A stretch of DNA of 64,000 nucleotides. Origin: Acidobacteriota bacterium (GTDB taxonomy: Bacteria; Acidobacteriota; Thermoanaerobaculia; Thermoanaerobaculales; Sulfomarinibacteraceae). Positions 27,821-36,762 of the stretch are shown here, piece by piece. The first letter of the stretch is position 1. Each line of letters opens with the position of its first letter. The stretch spans positions 28,829 to 92,828 of the forward strand of contig JAJDNM010000125.1 of NCBI GenBank assembly GCA_022340665.1. Reading direction: 5' to 3'. The notes under the pieces are model-generated. The model made no database searches. It saw only the letters and a list, made by a program, of their open reading frames with translations, and was not told the DNA's origin. A program made the position numbers and the translations under genes.

Positions 27821-28384
27821 ATGCATACCGGCTCGCCAACCCAGGAAATCGATCAACAGGAGAGAGGGTTTCTCCTCTCGCTGGCGAGAGAGTCGATTCG
27901 GTGTCGCCTCGCGGGTGAGCCCACGCCCTCTCCCGAATCGGTCGGCGGCGTGCTCAGCGAGATCAGGGGGGCATTCGTCACCCTCAAGATTGACGGGCGG
28001 CTGAGGGGATGTATCGGCCATGTGGTTGGCGTCGAACCGTTATGGCAAGCTGTACGGAGCAACGCCGTCGCGGCCGCGTTTGATGATCCCAGGTTCGAAC
28101 CGCTTCGAGACGACGAGCTGGACAACGTACATATCGAAATCTCGGCGCTCAGTCCTCTGCGTAGGGTCGATACCGACGATGTCATCCTGGGCAGAGACGG
28201 CATACTCATCGAGCGCGGTCCCCGCCGCGGACTCTTGCTTCCTCAAGTCGCAGTCGAGTATGGGTGGGACCGCGAGACCTTTCTCGATCACACCTGCCGC
28301 AAGGCCGGCCTCGATCCCGGCTGTTGGCGTCATGCGGATACCATTGTCTGGGCATTTTCGGCGGAGGTTTTTGGCGAGTTGTGA
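27821..28384 (+). CDS. AMMECR1-domain protein
   Basis: 187 aa. GAFVTLKIDGRLRGCIGH and DPRFEPL...L.I.ISALSPL are AMMECR1 hallmarks. Confidence 0.85.
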   Translation: MHTGSPTQEIDQQERGFLLSLARESIRCRLAGEPTPSPESVGGVLSEIRGAFVTLKIDGRLRGCIGHVVGVEPLWQAVRSNAVAAAFDDPRFEPLRDDELDNVHIEISALSPLRRVDTDDVILGRDGILIERGPRRGLLLPQVAVEYGWDRETFLDHTCRKAGLDPGCWRHADTIVWAFSAEVFGEL

Positions 28385-28463
28385 CTCCGAACTGCGACGC
28401 GGCGTCGCCCAAGTCCGACGGTATTCGCTGGATTGGATGCGCCTGGCGTTATGATGGCGGCCG

Positions 28464-29207
28464 ATGGCGTTAGGTGGATTGATGCTGGTCGAACCGTCGT
28501 TGCCCGGGAATCTCGGTGCGGCGATGCGGGTGGCGGCCAACTTTGGCGTCAGGCGTATAGAGCTCGTCCGCCCGTCCGTTTTGCCCGACGACCCTGACGT
28601 CCTCAACTGGGCTTGCGGGGCCGAGCGCTTCGTAGATTGTCGGATATTCGAGCACTTCAACCAAGCGGCCAAGCGATATCACACTCTCGCCGCCTCGGCT
28701 TCGGGCCGCGGGCGGAGAAATTTGCCGGTTGTCTCACCCGACGAAGCAGGTCCCCTGTTGTTCCAACGGGGCATCGAGGGTGTCGCCTTGGTCTTCGGTA
28801 ACGAGACCAGAGGCCTCAGCCGCGATGATCTCGATAGATGCGATCTCGTCGTCCGCATTCCCACTGAAGCGGCATTTCCGGTGCTCAACCTCGCACAGGC
28901 GGTGGCCATACTCGTTTCGAGCTTTCGAGCGGAGGTTGATGACGGCGATCCCACGCTCCCCCAGCCTGCCTCTCAGGACGCGGTAGAAGGGCTGATGGGT
29001 CACCTCGAACAGAGCCTTCTGACAATCGGATTTCTGGATCCGCTGAGTCCGAAGAGGATTTTGCGGCAAATCCGGCGCCTTTTCGGAAGGGCTGGGATCA
29101 CTCACAGCGAGGTCAGGATTCTGCGCGGGATCTGCCGCCAGATGGAGTGGGCCGCCGGAGCCAAGCCGGGACGGTTCAGCACCGGTGAAGGCGACGAAGA
29201 AGGGTGA
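28464..29207 (+). CDS. SpoU/TrmH-class RNA 2'-O-methyltransferase (TrmJ-like)
   Basis: 247 aa. LVEPSLPGNLGAAMRVAANFG, LVFGNETRGLS and LNLAQAVAI are SPOUT motifs 1-3. Confidence 0.75.
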   Translation: MALGGLMLVEPSLPGNLGAAMRVAANFGVRRIELVRPSVLPDDPDVLNWACGAERFVDCRIFEHFNQAAKRYHTLAASASGRGRRNLPVVSPDEAGPLLFQRGIEGVALVFGNETRGLSRDDLDRCDLVVRIPTEAAFPVLNLAQAVAILVSSFRAEVDDGDPTLPQPASQDAVEGLMGHLEQSLLTIGFLDPLSPKRILRQIRRLFGRAGITHSEVRILRGICRQMEWAAGAKPGRFSTGEGDEEG

Positions 29208-29263
29208 CAGGGGCAAGGTAGCAGAGGAGATGCCGGTCGGGAAGCGGTCTCCTCCCCTCTCCC

Positions 29264-30517
29264 CTATCGCACACCGATTTCGCGCGGCAGGCGATCGGCG
29301 AGACGTAAAAGGCTGGCATCGGTCGGGTGGCGATCGAGCGCGCGTGACAAGGTCATCGCCGCCTCCGGATAGTTGCCGGTCCGAAGCTGGAGCTCGACCA
29401 GGCGCGCAGCGAGCAGGGGTGATTCCGGTTCGATCTCGACCGCCCGAGCCAACGCGAGCAGCGCATCGGATGGTTTGCCAGCCTGTTCGGCCACGGCGGC
29501 AATCCTCACCAGAAGCGAGGTGTTCGCGGGCTGGAGGCCCCAGGCCTTCCTCAGGTACTCGAGGGCACCGTCGAGATCCCCCCTGCCCTGAGCAAGAGCC
29601 GAGAGCGTCACATATGGCGTCGGTGACCGTGGTTCGAGCTCGAGGGCCGTCTGCGCTGCTTCCAGCGCCCCCGCGGCGTCGCCGTTCAGATCGCGGGCTA
29701 TTGCCACGATCGACCACGCCCGTGCGCGGGCTGCAGCGGGCAGCGCACGCCGAGTTGCTATCGGCAGGGCCAGATCGGACGCCCCGTCATAGTCACTGGT
29801 ATCAAGTGCCCAACTCGCGAGCTCAAGTTCTATATCGGGATGCCCGCGCAATTCAGAGATAATTGCAAGCGCGCTCTGCTTGTCACCGGATATCCGAAGC
29901 TCCCGCGCGAGCGCCAAGGAATTCCTGATCCTCTGCCGGGGATAGATCGTCGATCTCAATCGCAGGCTCCGGAGGCGAATTCGTTGCAGGTCAGCACCCG
30001 TGAGCGACGCTGCAAACCCCTCGAGACCCGGATCGATGGCTTCGCCAAACGCAACCTCCTCAAGGGCCTCTTCGCGCCCTCCAATTGCGAATAGGTAGAG
30101 AGCTTTGAAGCGGTGCAGCCGAGCTGATGTCGGATTGCGAACCAGTGCGGCGTTCAGTGCTTCGGCGGATTCGTCGAACCGTCCCTCGGCCAGACGCTCC
30201 CGCGCAAGGTTGAGAAAACCCGCTGCATCGGCGGGCAGCCAATGACGCTGCAACTTGCCAAACCGCCCTGCGGCACGCCGTATCGAATCCGAAGGCACGC
30301 CGCGAAGTGCCCCCATGTCGAGCAGGCGACTCCTGACCACGAGCGCCGGGAGACTCACCAGAGGTCCCTCTGCGAGCCTGTCCGCTGCCGCTTTCGGATT
30401 GACTTCTAGGAGGGAACTGATGGAATTTTGAACCCGCCCCCCGACGGTATCGAGAAGGCACACCAGGACTGCGAACATGCACAGCCACACCCAGACCATG
30501 GGACGCCAAAGAATCAC
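29264..30517 (-). CDS. Membrane-anchored TPR-repeat protein
   Basis: 417 aa. N-terminal TM MVWVWLCMFAVLVCLL, then multiple TPR-like A/L-rich repeats (ALEYLRKAWGLQP, ALLALARAVEIEP ...). The start overlaps the MurB-like stop by 4 nt. Confidence 0.7.
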   Translation of the reverse strand: MILWRPMVWVWLCMFAVLVCLLDTVGGRVQNSISSLLEVNPKAAADRLAEGPLVSLPALVVRSRLLDMGALRGVPSDSIRRAAGRFGKLQRHWLPADAAGFLNLARERLAEGRFDESAEALNAALVRNPTSARLHRFKALYLFAIGGREEALEEVAFGEAIDPGLEGFAASLTGADLQRIRLRSLRLRSTIYPRQRIRNSLALARELRISGDKQSALAIISELRGHPDIELELASWALDTSDYDGASDLALPIATRRALPAAARARAWSIVAIARDLNGDAAGALEAAQTALELEPRSPTPYVTLSALAQGRGDLDGALEYLRKAWGLQPANTSLLVRIAAVAEQAGKPSDALLALARAVEIEPESPLLAARLVELQLRTGNYPEAAMTLSRALDRHPTDASLLRLADRLPREIGVR

Positions 30518-31476
30518 GGCGAAATCGCCCTGCCGTCATCGTCGACGAAGCACAAAGCTGTCTCCAACACAACTCCGGTGTGCTGCGCGACCCGATCCTT
30601 CACCAGGCGCGTGAGATCAAGGACGTCCTCCGCGCGAGCCGCCTTCGACGTACAGATACGGTTGCCATGGGTGCGCGAGAGGCGGGCTCCGCGGACTCTC
30701 AGGTCGGAACAGCCGGCGGCCGCAACGTGAGCCTCTGCGCTCCCGTCCGGCGGATCCATGAAAAGGGGTTCAGCGGTACGCGGTTGCCTCTGTCCTGCGT
30801 GTCTTCCGCGCACGAAATGTTTGGCGCTCTCGCGCCGGAGAGAATCGCAAACCAGCTGCATTCGTGCCCGCACCAGCACCCTACGTTCCAGGCTGACGGC
30901 CGGTGCCTCGCCGTCGCGCCTTCGATCGGACAGGTACACGCGCTCATTCGGATGGCCCGGGCGTGCAAGATCGATCCAATCCACGATCCCGCCAAGAGGT
31001 CGTTGGCCGTGCACGAGGGCGTGGACCGCGCCGCCGACCGAGCTCCTGGACAACATGAGGTTGCCGGTTCCGTTCATGCCCGTTCGTGCCGCAGCGCGAC
31101 ACACCTGTGCCAGGTTGGCACCACCCCCCGCAACCGCACCATCGAGATCGAGCTCCCACAACCCGAGATTTCCACTGAGATTGAGAACCGGAATTCTCAA
31201 CCCGCGGTCGGAAGGCACGAGACGGCTGCCAGCCCCCAACACCAGCCACCGTTCACCGTGTGTCGCAAGTACATCGAGGGCACGCTGAAGCCCGTCAGCA
31301 CTGCGACAACGGATGAGCAGGTCGGCCAGTCCCCCGACTCCCAAAACCGTCCAGGCCCTCAAATCCACTCGTTCGTGGATTTCAGGCTCACCATTCTCCT
31401 GGATGCCTCGGAGGTCCTTTTTGAGAATGGAGAGGCCGTTTTGCACGAATACTTCCAGCCGCCTGAAATCTGGCAT
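30514..31476 (-). CDS. MurB-like FAD-binding protein (divergent UDP-N-acetylenolpyruvoylglucosamine reductase homolog)
   Basis: 320 aa. The FAD_binding_4-like N-terminus reads WTVLGVGGLADLLI...WLVLGAGSRLV. The C-terminal MurB block reads RGARLSRTHGNRICTS..A.AEDVLDL...V....GVVLE. By eye, the GS.F.NP serine motif is replaced by AEPLFMDP (see findings). Confidence 0.55.
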   Translation of the reverse strand: MPDFRRLEVFVQNGLSILKKDLRGIQENGEPEIHERVDLRAWTVLGVGGLADLLIRCRSADGLQRALDVLATHGERWLVLGAGSRLVPSDRGLRIPVLNLSGNLGLWELDLDGAVAGGGANLAQVCRAAARTGMNGTGNLMLSRSSVGGAVHALVHGQRPLGGIVDWIDLARPGHPNERVYLSDRRRDGEAPAVSLERRVLVRARMQLVCDSLRRESAKHFVRGRHAGQRQPRTAEPLFMDPPDGSAEAHVAAAGCSDLRVRGARLSRTHGNRICTSKAARAEDVLDLTRLVKDRVAQHTGVVLETALCFVDDDGRAISP

Positions 31477-31485
31477 GACGATTGC

Positions 31486-31533
31486 TTATAGACTTGGGTG
31501 CCGGGCACACAACGATCCGGTACACGACATCAT
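31486..31533 (-). CDS. Candidate 15-codon upstream mini-ORF (MMSCTGSLCARHPSL)
   Basis: ATGATG is preceded directly by the purine run AGGAGGAAGGAGGAGGT (31534..31550). The TAA ends 9 nt before the MurB-like ATG, which has no SD of its own (GCAATCGTC). Whether it is translated is unknown. Confidence 0.25.
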   Translation of the reverse strand: MMSCTGSLCARHPSL

Positions 31534-31550
31534 ACCTCCTCCTTCCTCCT

Positions 31551-31576
31551 GCGGGCCTCACGGCCCGCACCTTTTT
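31551..31576. terminator. GC hairpin with one-sided T-run downstream of the sigma-54 activator gene
   Basis: GCGGGCC-TCAC-GGCCCGC (7-bp perfect stem), followed on the plus strand by ACCTTTTT. On the coding (minus) strand the A-run precedes the stem and the SD-like purine run follows it. It could terminate or stabilise the upstream transcript. The orientation is ambiguous. Confidence 0.3.
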
Positions 31577-31606
31577 GCCCGCTCGATGCCTCACGGCGCG
31601 ACATCA

Positions 31607-34600
31607 CTATCGATCAGCCTTCCTCGAAATACCCAGATTCCTCAGATGATAGAGGAGCGCTTGGCGCGATATGCCGAGCTCACGAGCTGTTGCGCTGCGG
31701 TTACCGTTGTTCCGTTCCAGTGCAGCGGAAAGGAATTTTCGCCTGAAATCCCGCTGCGCATCTTCCCAGGTGCCAGACGATACGTTTTCCGTCTCGGCGA
31801 TGGGTAGGTGATCAGGGCGGATTACACCGCCGGACGCCCGAACCAGGGCGACCTCAATCGCGTGCCTCAGCTCCCGTACATTTCCGGGCCACGAATATTT
31901 GCGAAGCATGGCTTCCGTCTCCCGGCTCCAGGTACCCGCCCGGACGCCATGTCGAGCGATCGCTTCCTTTTCGAAGAGGTCTCGCAAGAGGGAGATATCT
32001 TCACGACGCTCCCGAAGCGGTGGAATCGTGAGTTCGGGAGCGGCGATTCGGAAATACAGGTCCTGTCGAAACGCCCCCTCCCTCACTCGGCGGGCAAGAT
32101 CCTGATGTGTTGCGGAAATAATCCGAACGTCGACCTTCTGAGGATGTGTCGCTCCAACCGCGCGCACCTCCTGGCCTTCGAGGAAGCGCAACAGCTTGAC
32201 CTGCAGAGGAGGATCGAGGTCGCCGACCTCATCGAGGAACAGGGTGCCGCGATCGGCTGTCACAGCCAGGCCCTGGCGCGATCGGTCCGCGCCAGTAAAT
32301 GCTCCTTTGACTGATCCGAAAAGCTCGGCCTCGAGCAAGTTTGAAGGGATTGCCGCGATGTTGACCGGCACAAACGTACCCGGTCGTCTGGAAAGGCGAT
32401 GCAGGGCGCGAGCCGCGACCTCCTTGCCCACGCCGGTTTCTCCGACCAGGAGAATGGGGAGATGGCTCGGACCGAGCTCGAGGAGTTCCTTTCGCACCCG
32501 CCGGGCCGCGCGGGAGATGCCGAGAAAACCCGTTTCCTCGACCTCGAGTTCGTCTTTCGTCGCCGATGCAGGAGCGAAAATTTCGAGGATCCCGGTCAAC
32601 AGGCGCCATTTCGCATCGTCCTGTGCCTCGCCGCCCAGTGGCACCACAACGATGCGTCCGCGGCGGATCGCCGTCCCCGGCGGCCCTCCGCCGACGCCCC
32701 ACAAGATTTCGTTACTTCCGGCGTCCCGGAGCTCGAGGCCGGATAGGCCGAGAGCCGAGAGCAGATGTTCGATCTGGCGTGATTCGAGTTCGTCGGGTCC
32801 TGCGCGCTCGACGATTTCCGCGAGAGCTTCGACGATACCCCTGTCACCGCCTGTTCCAAGGGTGAGAACCTCGGCCCATCCCACCATCCCGCCTTCACGA
32901 AGCACTCGCATTGCCTGAGCGCGTGTCGTTTCGGGAATCGTTAAACGGGTACGCCCACAGTATTCTGCGAGCGCGAGGCCGAATGCCGACGGTTTGGTCA
33001 TCCTAGAGGTGATTTGGAGCGCTCCGGCCCCGCCGACCCCGTTCCAGGCATCGGCGAGCAACTCCGCCGCAATTGCCACTCCCCAGCCGTCGGCCTGCCA
33101 CGAACCCGTCTCACGGCCAGCGATCGTCTCTACCAGGCCAACCCAGGCTTCGCCTTCTTGTCCTCCGCCCTTCAGAAGCCCGTGCGCCCGGGCAAGCTCG
33201 CCGTTGAAGACAGCAGCCACGCCCCGAAGAAGGCGAAGCGCCTCCGCGAACCTCGGGTCCTCCTCGTCGACCCTGGCTGCGAATTCGTCGAGCAGCCGGC
33301 GAAACTCCGCGAGCTCCCCTTTCGCCAATGCAAGCCGCGACAATTCTCCGAGGATCCAGGGGTCGTCCGGCTGGCCCTTCCCGAGTGCCCGAAACCGATC
33401 TTCGGCACGCCGGAGCTCGAGCTGGTCGAGATCACCGACCGCGAGGTTGTAGAGCACCCGCTGGGTGACGTGCTCGAAGCCCGCCGCCTGAAGCAGCCGA
33501 TAGGCTCTGAGCTGGTGGGCATCGCCATCACGACTCCGACCCTCATCGAGCGCGACAGAGCCCAGGTCGTGCTCGATCATGCCAAGTATTCCGGGACCCA
33601 TACGATCGTCGACCAGCAACTCGAACAAACGCCGCGACGCCCGTGGTCGGTCGCGGTCCGAAAGCTGTCTCGCGTGGCGGTGGGCGAGGGTGGCGCGGAG
33701 GACCGGATGGTCTCCTGCCACACGTCTCCTCCATTCCGGTTGATCGAAGCTTGCGTCGTCCGCAGCCCAGGCGAACTCGATTTCGAGTCTCCGACGAAGG
33801 AGAGGAGGCAACCGGTCCCTGGCCTGCTCTATCAGGGAGCGCGCTTTCTCGAGTCTGTCCCCACCGTGCCTGCGGTCATCGTTGTAGACGAGGATTGCAG
33901 TTTCCGCCACCGCCCGTGGGGCGTACTCGAGAGCCGCGGATTCTGGCAGCTCGGGGCGGCGATCGGATGGATCGTCGATCGCATCGAGCCACTTGCGAAA
34001 AGTTTCGGCCTGTTTCCCGGAGATGGCGTCGATCGCTTGCCGAGCGCAGCCGACGTCGAGGACGGCGAGGCAGGCTTCCGCGAAAAGAACTCCGATCTCG
34101 CGTCCGAGAGCTCCAGGGGCAACGATCGCAAGGAGATCTCGCACTGAGATCGCATCGAGGAGGTCCAACCGCTCTCTTGCCCATTTTCTGAGGGGCTCGA
34201 TGTCACCTCTCCCGAGCGCCAGATGAAGGAGTCGGCGCGGGTTTTCCTTCGGATAGAGATCCGCTACCGCCGTATGCAGAGGGTCCGGTTCGAGAAGGCG
34301 TATGTCCGCCAGGCGCCATCGTCCGCCACGGTCGACGATTGCCAACTCACCGATCTGTTCGTCGATCGATCTCTGTTTGAGACCGGAATGCAGAGTCACG
34401 AATCCGGGTGGCAGGCCATCCGGTGACAGCGCGAGAACCTGCGCCACCTTATTGGTGCGTGGCTTGCTCCCGAAATCGCTACCGGCATCACCGATCGACT
34501 CGTACACCGTCCGAGCCGCATCGGTGAGCGATCCGCGATCGACCCGGTCGAACGGGTCGAACCGATTCGTGCGTTGCTCGACGAATCGACGGGCTTCTTC

Positions 34601-35476
34601 CAGGGGTACTCCGGCAACTGCGAGATGACGAAACGGAATCTGTGGATCGAAACAGGGTGGACGTGGCGGGTGCCAGCCGCTCGGAAACCTGCCGACTACC
34701 ACTGCACTGCACCGCTCGCCTTTCACCCAGCGAGACACTGACGCCAGTTCGTCGGCCGACGCCTCTCCGACCAGGATCAGGGTGCCACGGCCTCCGACCG
34801 GTGGCGGCGCGACGGACCTCCCGAAATCGTTACCCGCTGCCCAGAGCCGAGCATGACCCCTTCGTCTGCTGATTTCGGCCCACAATCCTCCAGCCAGGCG
34901 GCGCGCAAGTTCGGGCGAGGGTACCTGCCAGTAATCGATCGCGCCAGCCGCAGGAATCGGCAGGCCGTCCCACCGAAATGCCCACAGTGCCCGCGCAACG
35001 GATCGGTCCAACGGCCGCTTCAGATCGCGGAGTTGTCGGCTCAGAGCGGCCTCGAGGAAGAATCCGGGCTCCCCTTTGCTCGCATCGATAGATGCCACGG
35101 GCAGGTTGACGGCTTCGCTGATGGCCGAGATGAGAGCAGTCCGCGTGGCCACCGCCGCCGCCTCTCCCCCCCCGAGTCGCGAGAAGACCCTCGACATTGG
35201 CACCGGATACCGTGCCAGTTGCACGCTCACGCCTTCCGGAGTACGGACAAATCTCGCATCCCGAATGGCGGCCTTCCCGGGCCACAGATCGAACTCTGCC
35301 AGAAGTGACGCCGCCGCCGTGAGCTGGAGGGCCGCTCCCAGCCGGTGCTTGCGGCTCAGCACGCGGGCCGTGACCCGATCGCCCTCGATGTCGCTCTCGT
35401 ACGGTCCCTCAACGATTCGCGGAATCGGCACCGCCGGATGTTCCACCAGCATCGCGGCGGGAGTCGGGATCCTCAA
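31607..35476 (-). CDS. Giant sigma-54-dependent transcriptional activator (bEBP) with ~940-aa uncharacterised N-terminal region
   Basis: 1289 aa. The C-terminal AAA+ sigma-54 interaction domain has Walker A LLVGETGVGKE, the GAFTGA loop (KGAFTGA), Walker B LFLDEVGDL and WPGNVRELRHAIE. A Fis-type HTH follows (NGNRSATARELGISRQALLYHLRNLGI). The N-terminus has TPR-like helices (about residues 640-760) but no REC, PAS or GAF pattern that I recognise. The TTG start overlaps the aroA stop (TTGA); ATG 35452 is an alternative. Confidence 0.85.
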   Translation of the reverse strand: MRIPTPAAMLVEHPAVPIPRIVEGPYESDIEGDRVTARVLSRKHRLGAALQLTAAASLLAEFDLWPGKAAIRDARFVRTPEGVSVQLARYPVPMSRVFSRLGGGEAAAVATRTALISAISEAVNLPVASIDASKGEPGFFLEAALSRQLRDLKRPLDRSVARALWAFRWDGLPIPAAGAIDYWQVPSPELARRLAGGLWAEISRRRGHARLWAAGNDFGRSVAPPPVGGRGTLILVGEASADELASVSRWVKGERCSAVVVGRFPSGWHPPRPPCFDPQIPFRHLAVAGVPLEEARRFVEQRTNRFDPFDRVDRGSLTDAARTVYESIGDAGSDFGSKPRTNKVAQVLALSPDGLPPGFVTLHSGLKQRSIDEQIGELAIVDRGGRWRLADIRLLEPDPLHTAVADLYPKENPRRLLHLALGRGDIEPLRKWARERLDLLDAISVRDLLAIVAPGALGREIGVLFAEACLAVLDVGCARQAIDAISGKQAETFRKWLDAIDDPSDRRPELPESAALEYAPRAVAETAILVYNDDRRHGGDRLEKARSLIEQARDRLPPLLRRRLEIEFAWAADDASFDQPEWRRRVAGDHPVLRATLAHRHARQLSDRDRPRASRRLFELLVDDRMGPGILGMIEHDLGSVALDEGRSRDGDAHQLRAYRLLQAAGFEHVTQRVLYNLAVGDLDQLELRRAEDRFRALGKGQPDDPWILGELSRLALAKGELAEFRRLLDEFAARVDEEDPRFAEALRLLRGVAAVFNGELARAHGLLKGGGQEGEAWVGLVETIAGRETGSWQADGWGVAIAAELLADAWNGVGGAGALQITSRMTKPSAFGLALAEYCGRTRLTIPETTRAQAMRVLREGGMVGWAEVLTLGTGGDRGIVEALAEIVERAGPDELESRQIEHLLSALGLSGLELRDAGSNEILWGVGGGPPGTAIRRGRIVVVPLGGEAQDDAKWRLLTGILEIFAPASATKDELEVEETGFLGISRAARRVRKELLELGPSHLPILLVGETGVGKEVAARALHRLSRRPGTFVPVNIAAIPSNLLEAELFGSVKGAFTGADRSRQGLAVTADRGTLFLDEVGDLDPPLQVKLLRFLEGQEVRAVGATHPQKVDVRIISATHQDLARRVREGAFRQDLYFRIAAPELTIPPLRERREDISLLRDLFEKEAIARHGVRAGTWSRETEAMLRKYSWPGNVRELRHAIEVALVRASGGVIRPDHLPIAETENVSSGTWEDAQRDFRRKFLSAALERNNGNRSATARELGISRQALLYHLRNLGISRKADR

Positions 35477-36762
35477 GGGATCGGCCTCACCTCGTCCTCG
35501 GTCGCCATGAGGTCATGCCAGGTCTTCCAGAAGCCCGGGAAGGACTTCGTGACGCAATCGGGTTCGTCGAGCCGAAGAGGCCCGCAGGCCAATGCCGCGA
35601 CCGCCATCGCCATCGCGACCCTGTGGTCGCCGGCCGCAGTCACGAGCGCAGGTGCCGAAGCCTCTGTTCCGACTGTCGATGCGATTCGGAGATTCCCGTT
35701 CTCGCGGTCGAACTTCGCGCCGAGCCGCTCGAGATTGTCGACCATGACCGTCAGCCGATCGCTCTCTTTGTGCTTGAGATTGTCGAGGCCGGAAAACCAC
35801 GACCCCGGCTGTGCGCAGGCTGCGGCTGCGACCAGTGCCGGAAAGAGGTCGGGGGTGTCTCGAAGATCGGCAACAATCGGGGCCGCGAGGGGACCTCGAA
35901 CGACGAGTCGGTCGATATCCCAGGCTGCTTCGAGTCCTGCTGCGACGAAAATCTCGAGAATCGCACGATCCCCCTGTCGGCTTTCGGGATCGAGAGGACG
36001 CATCGCCACCTCTCCACCGGCGACGGCCACCCCTGCAAGGAAGAAGGCTGCTGCCGACCAGTCACCCTCCACGACATAGCGGGATCTCTCAAGCGGACCG
36101 GGCGCCACCGCCCACAGCCGACGATCCTCGCTGACGCGAACGTCGCCGCCAAATGCCCGCAGGACGTCCAGGGTGAGATCCAGGTAGGGGGCCGAAGGCA
36201 ATGGCCCGGATACCGCGAGTTTCAGGCCCTTCGACATCAACGGAGCCGCCATAAGAAGCGAGGAAACGTACTGGGAGGACACCTCGGGGCGCACCTCGGC
36301 GGTGCCGCCTGCGAGGAGTGAGCCCTCGATCTCGACCGGCAGAGCACCGTCATTCGAAGATATTTCGGCGCCCAGATCGGCCAATGTGTCGAGAAGCGGA
36401 GCCATCGGTCGCTCGCGCAGCCTGGTGGAGCCGTCGACTGTGGAGTGCCCAGGGCTTGCCGCGAGCAACCCGACGATCAGGCGGGATCCGGTCCCGGATT
36501 CACCGAGATCCAGCTCCACCGGGTCGGCGGGCACGGAGCGCTCACCGATCTCGATCTCGGTACCCCAGTCGAGCCGCCAACCGGCTCTCGCCAGCGCGGA
36601 TGCCAGAAACCGCGTGTCATCGCAATCGAGGGGCGAGACAATGGTTCCGCCGTTCGCAACGGCGGCTGCCACCAGAGCGCGGTTGGTGAGGCTTTTCGAT
36701 GTCGGGAGGGCAACCTTTCCCCGAAGTGCGGACGGATGGGCCGGGAGCAATCGCTCTGCCAT
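35473..36762 (-). CDS. aroA: 3-phosphoshikimate 1-carboxyvinyltransferase (EPSP synthase)
   Basis: Start set at ATG 36762 (MAERLLPAHPSALRGKVALPTSKSLTNRALVAAAVANG), forming an ATGA overlap with the upstream stop. Later blocks LGESGTGSRL, DHRVAMAMAV. Confidence 0.9.
   Translation of the reverse strand: MAERLLPAHPSALRGKVALPTSKSLTNRALVAAAVANGGTIVSPLDCDDTRFLASALARAGWRLDWGTEIEIGERSVPADPVELDLGESGTGSRLIVGLLAASPGHSTVDGSTRLRERPMAPLLDTLADLGAEISSNDGALPVEIEGSLLAGGTAEVRPEVSSQYVSSLLMAAPLMSKGLKLAVSGPLPSAPYLDLTLDVLRAFGGDVRVSEDRRLWAVAPGPLERSRYVVEGDWSAAAFFLAGVAVAGGEVAMRPLDPESRQGDRAILEIFVAAGLEAAWDIDRLVVRGPLAAPIVADLRDTPDLFPALVAAAACAQPGSWFSGLDNLKHKESDRLTVMVDNLERLGAKFDRENGNLRIASTVGTEASAPALVTAAGDHRVAMAMAVAALACGPLRLDEPDCVTKSFPGFWKTWHDLMATEDEVRPIP

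Noticed and set aside
27822-27838. Sigma-54 promoter-like sequence TGGCGAGCCGGTATGCA on the minus strand upstream of the LarA-like gene
   Set aside because: The spacing between the GG and GC dinucleotides is one nt longer than the TGGCAC-N5-TTGC consensus, and the -24 element is imperfect. It also lies inside the AMMECR1 coding start. Not called.
28734-29717. 327-aa minus-strand ORF
   Set aside because: It is antisense to the TrmJ-like methyltransferase and out of frame with the TPR gene. The Arg/Gly/Pro/Ser-rich shadow composition has no motif.
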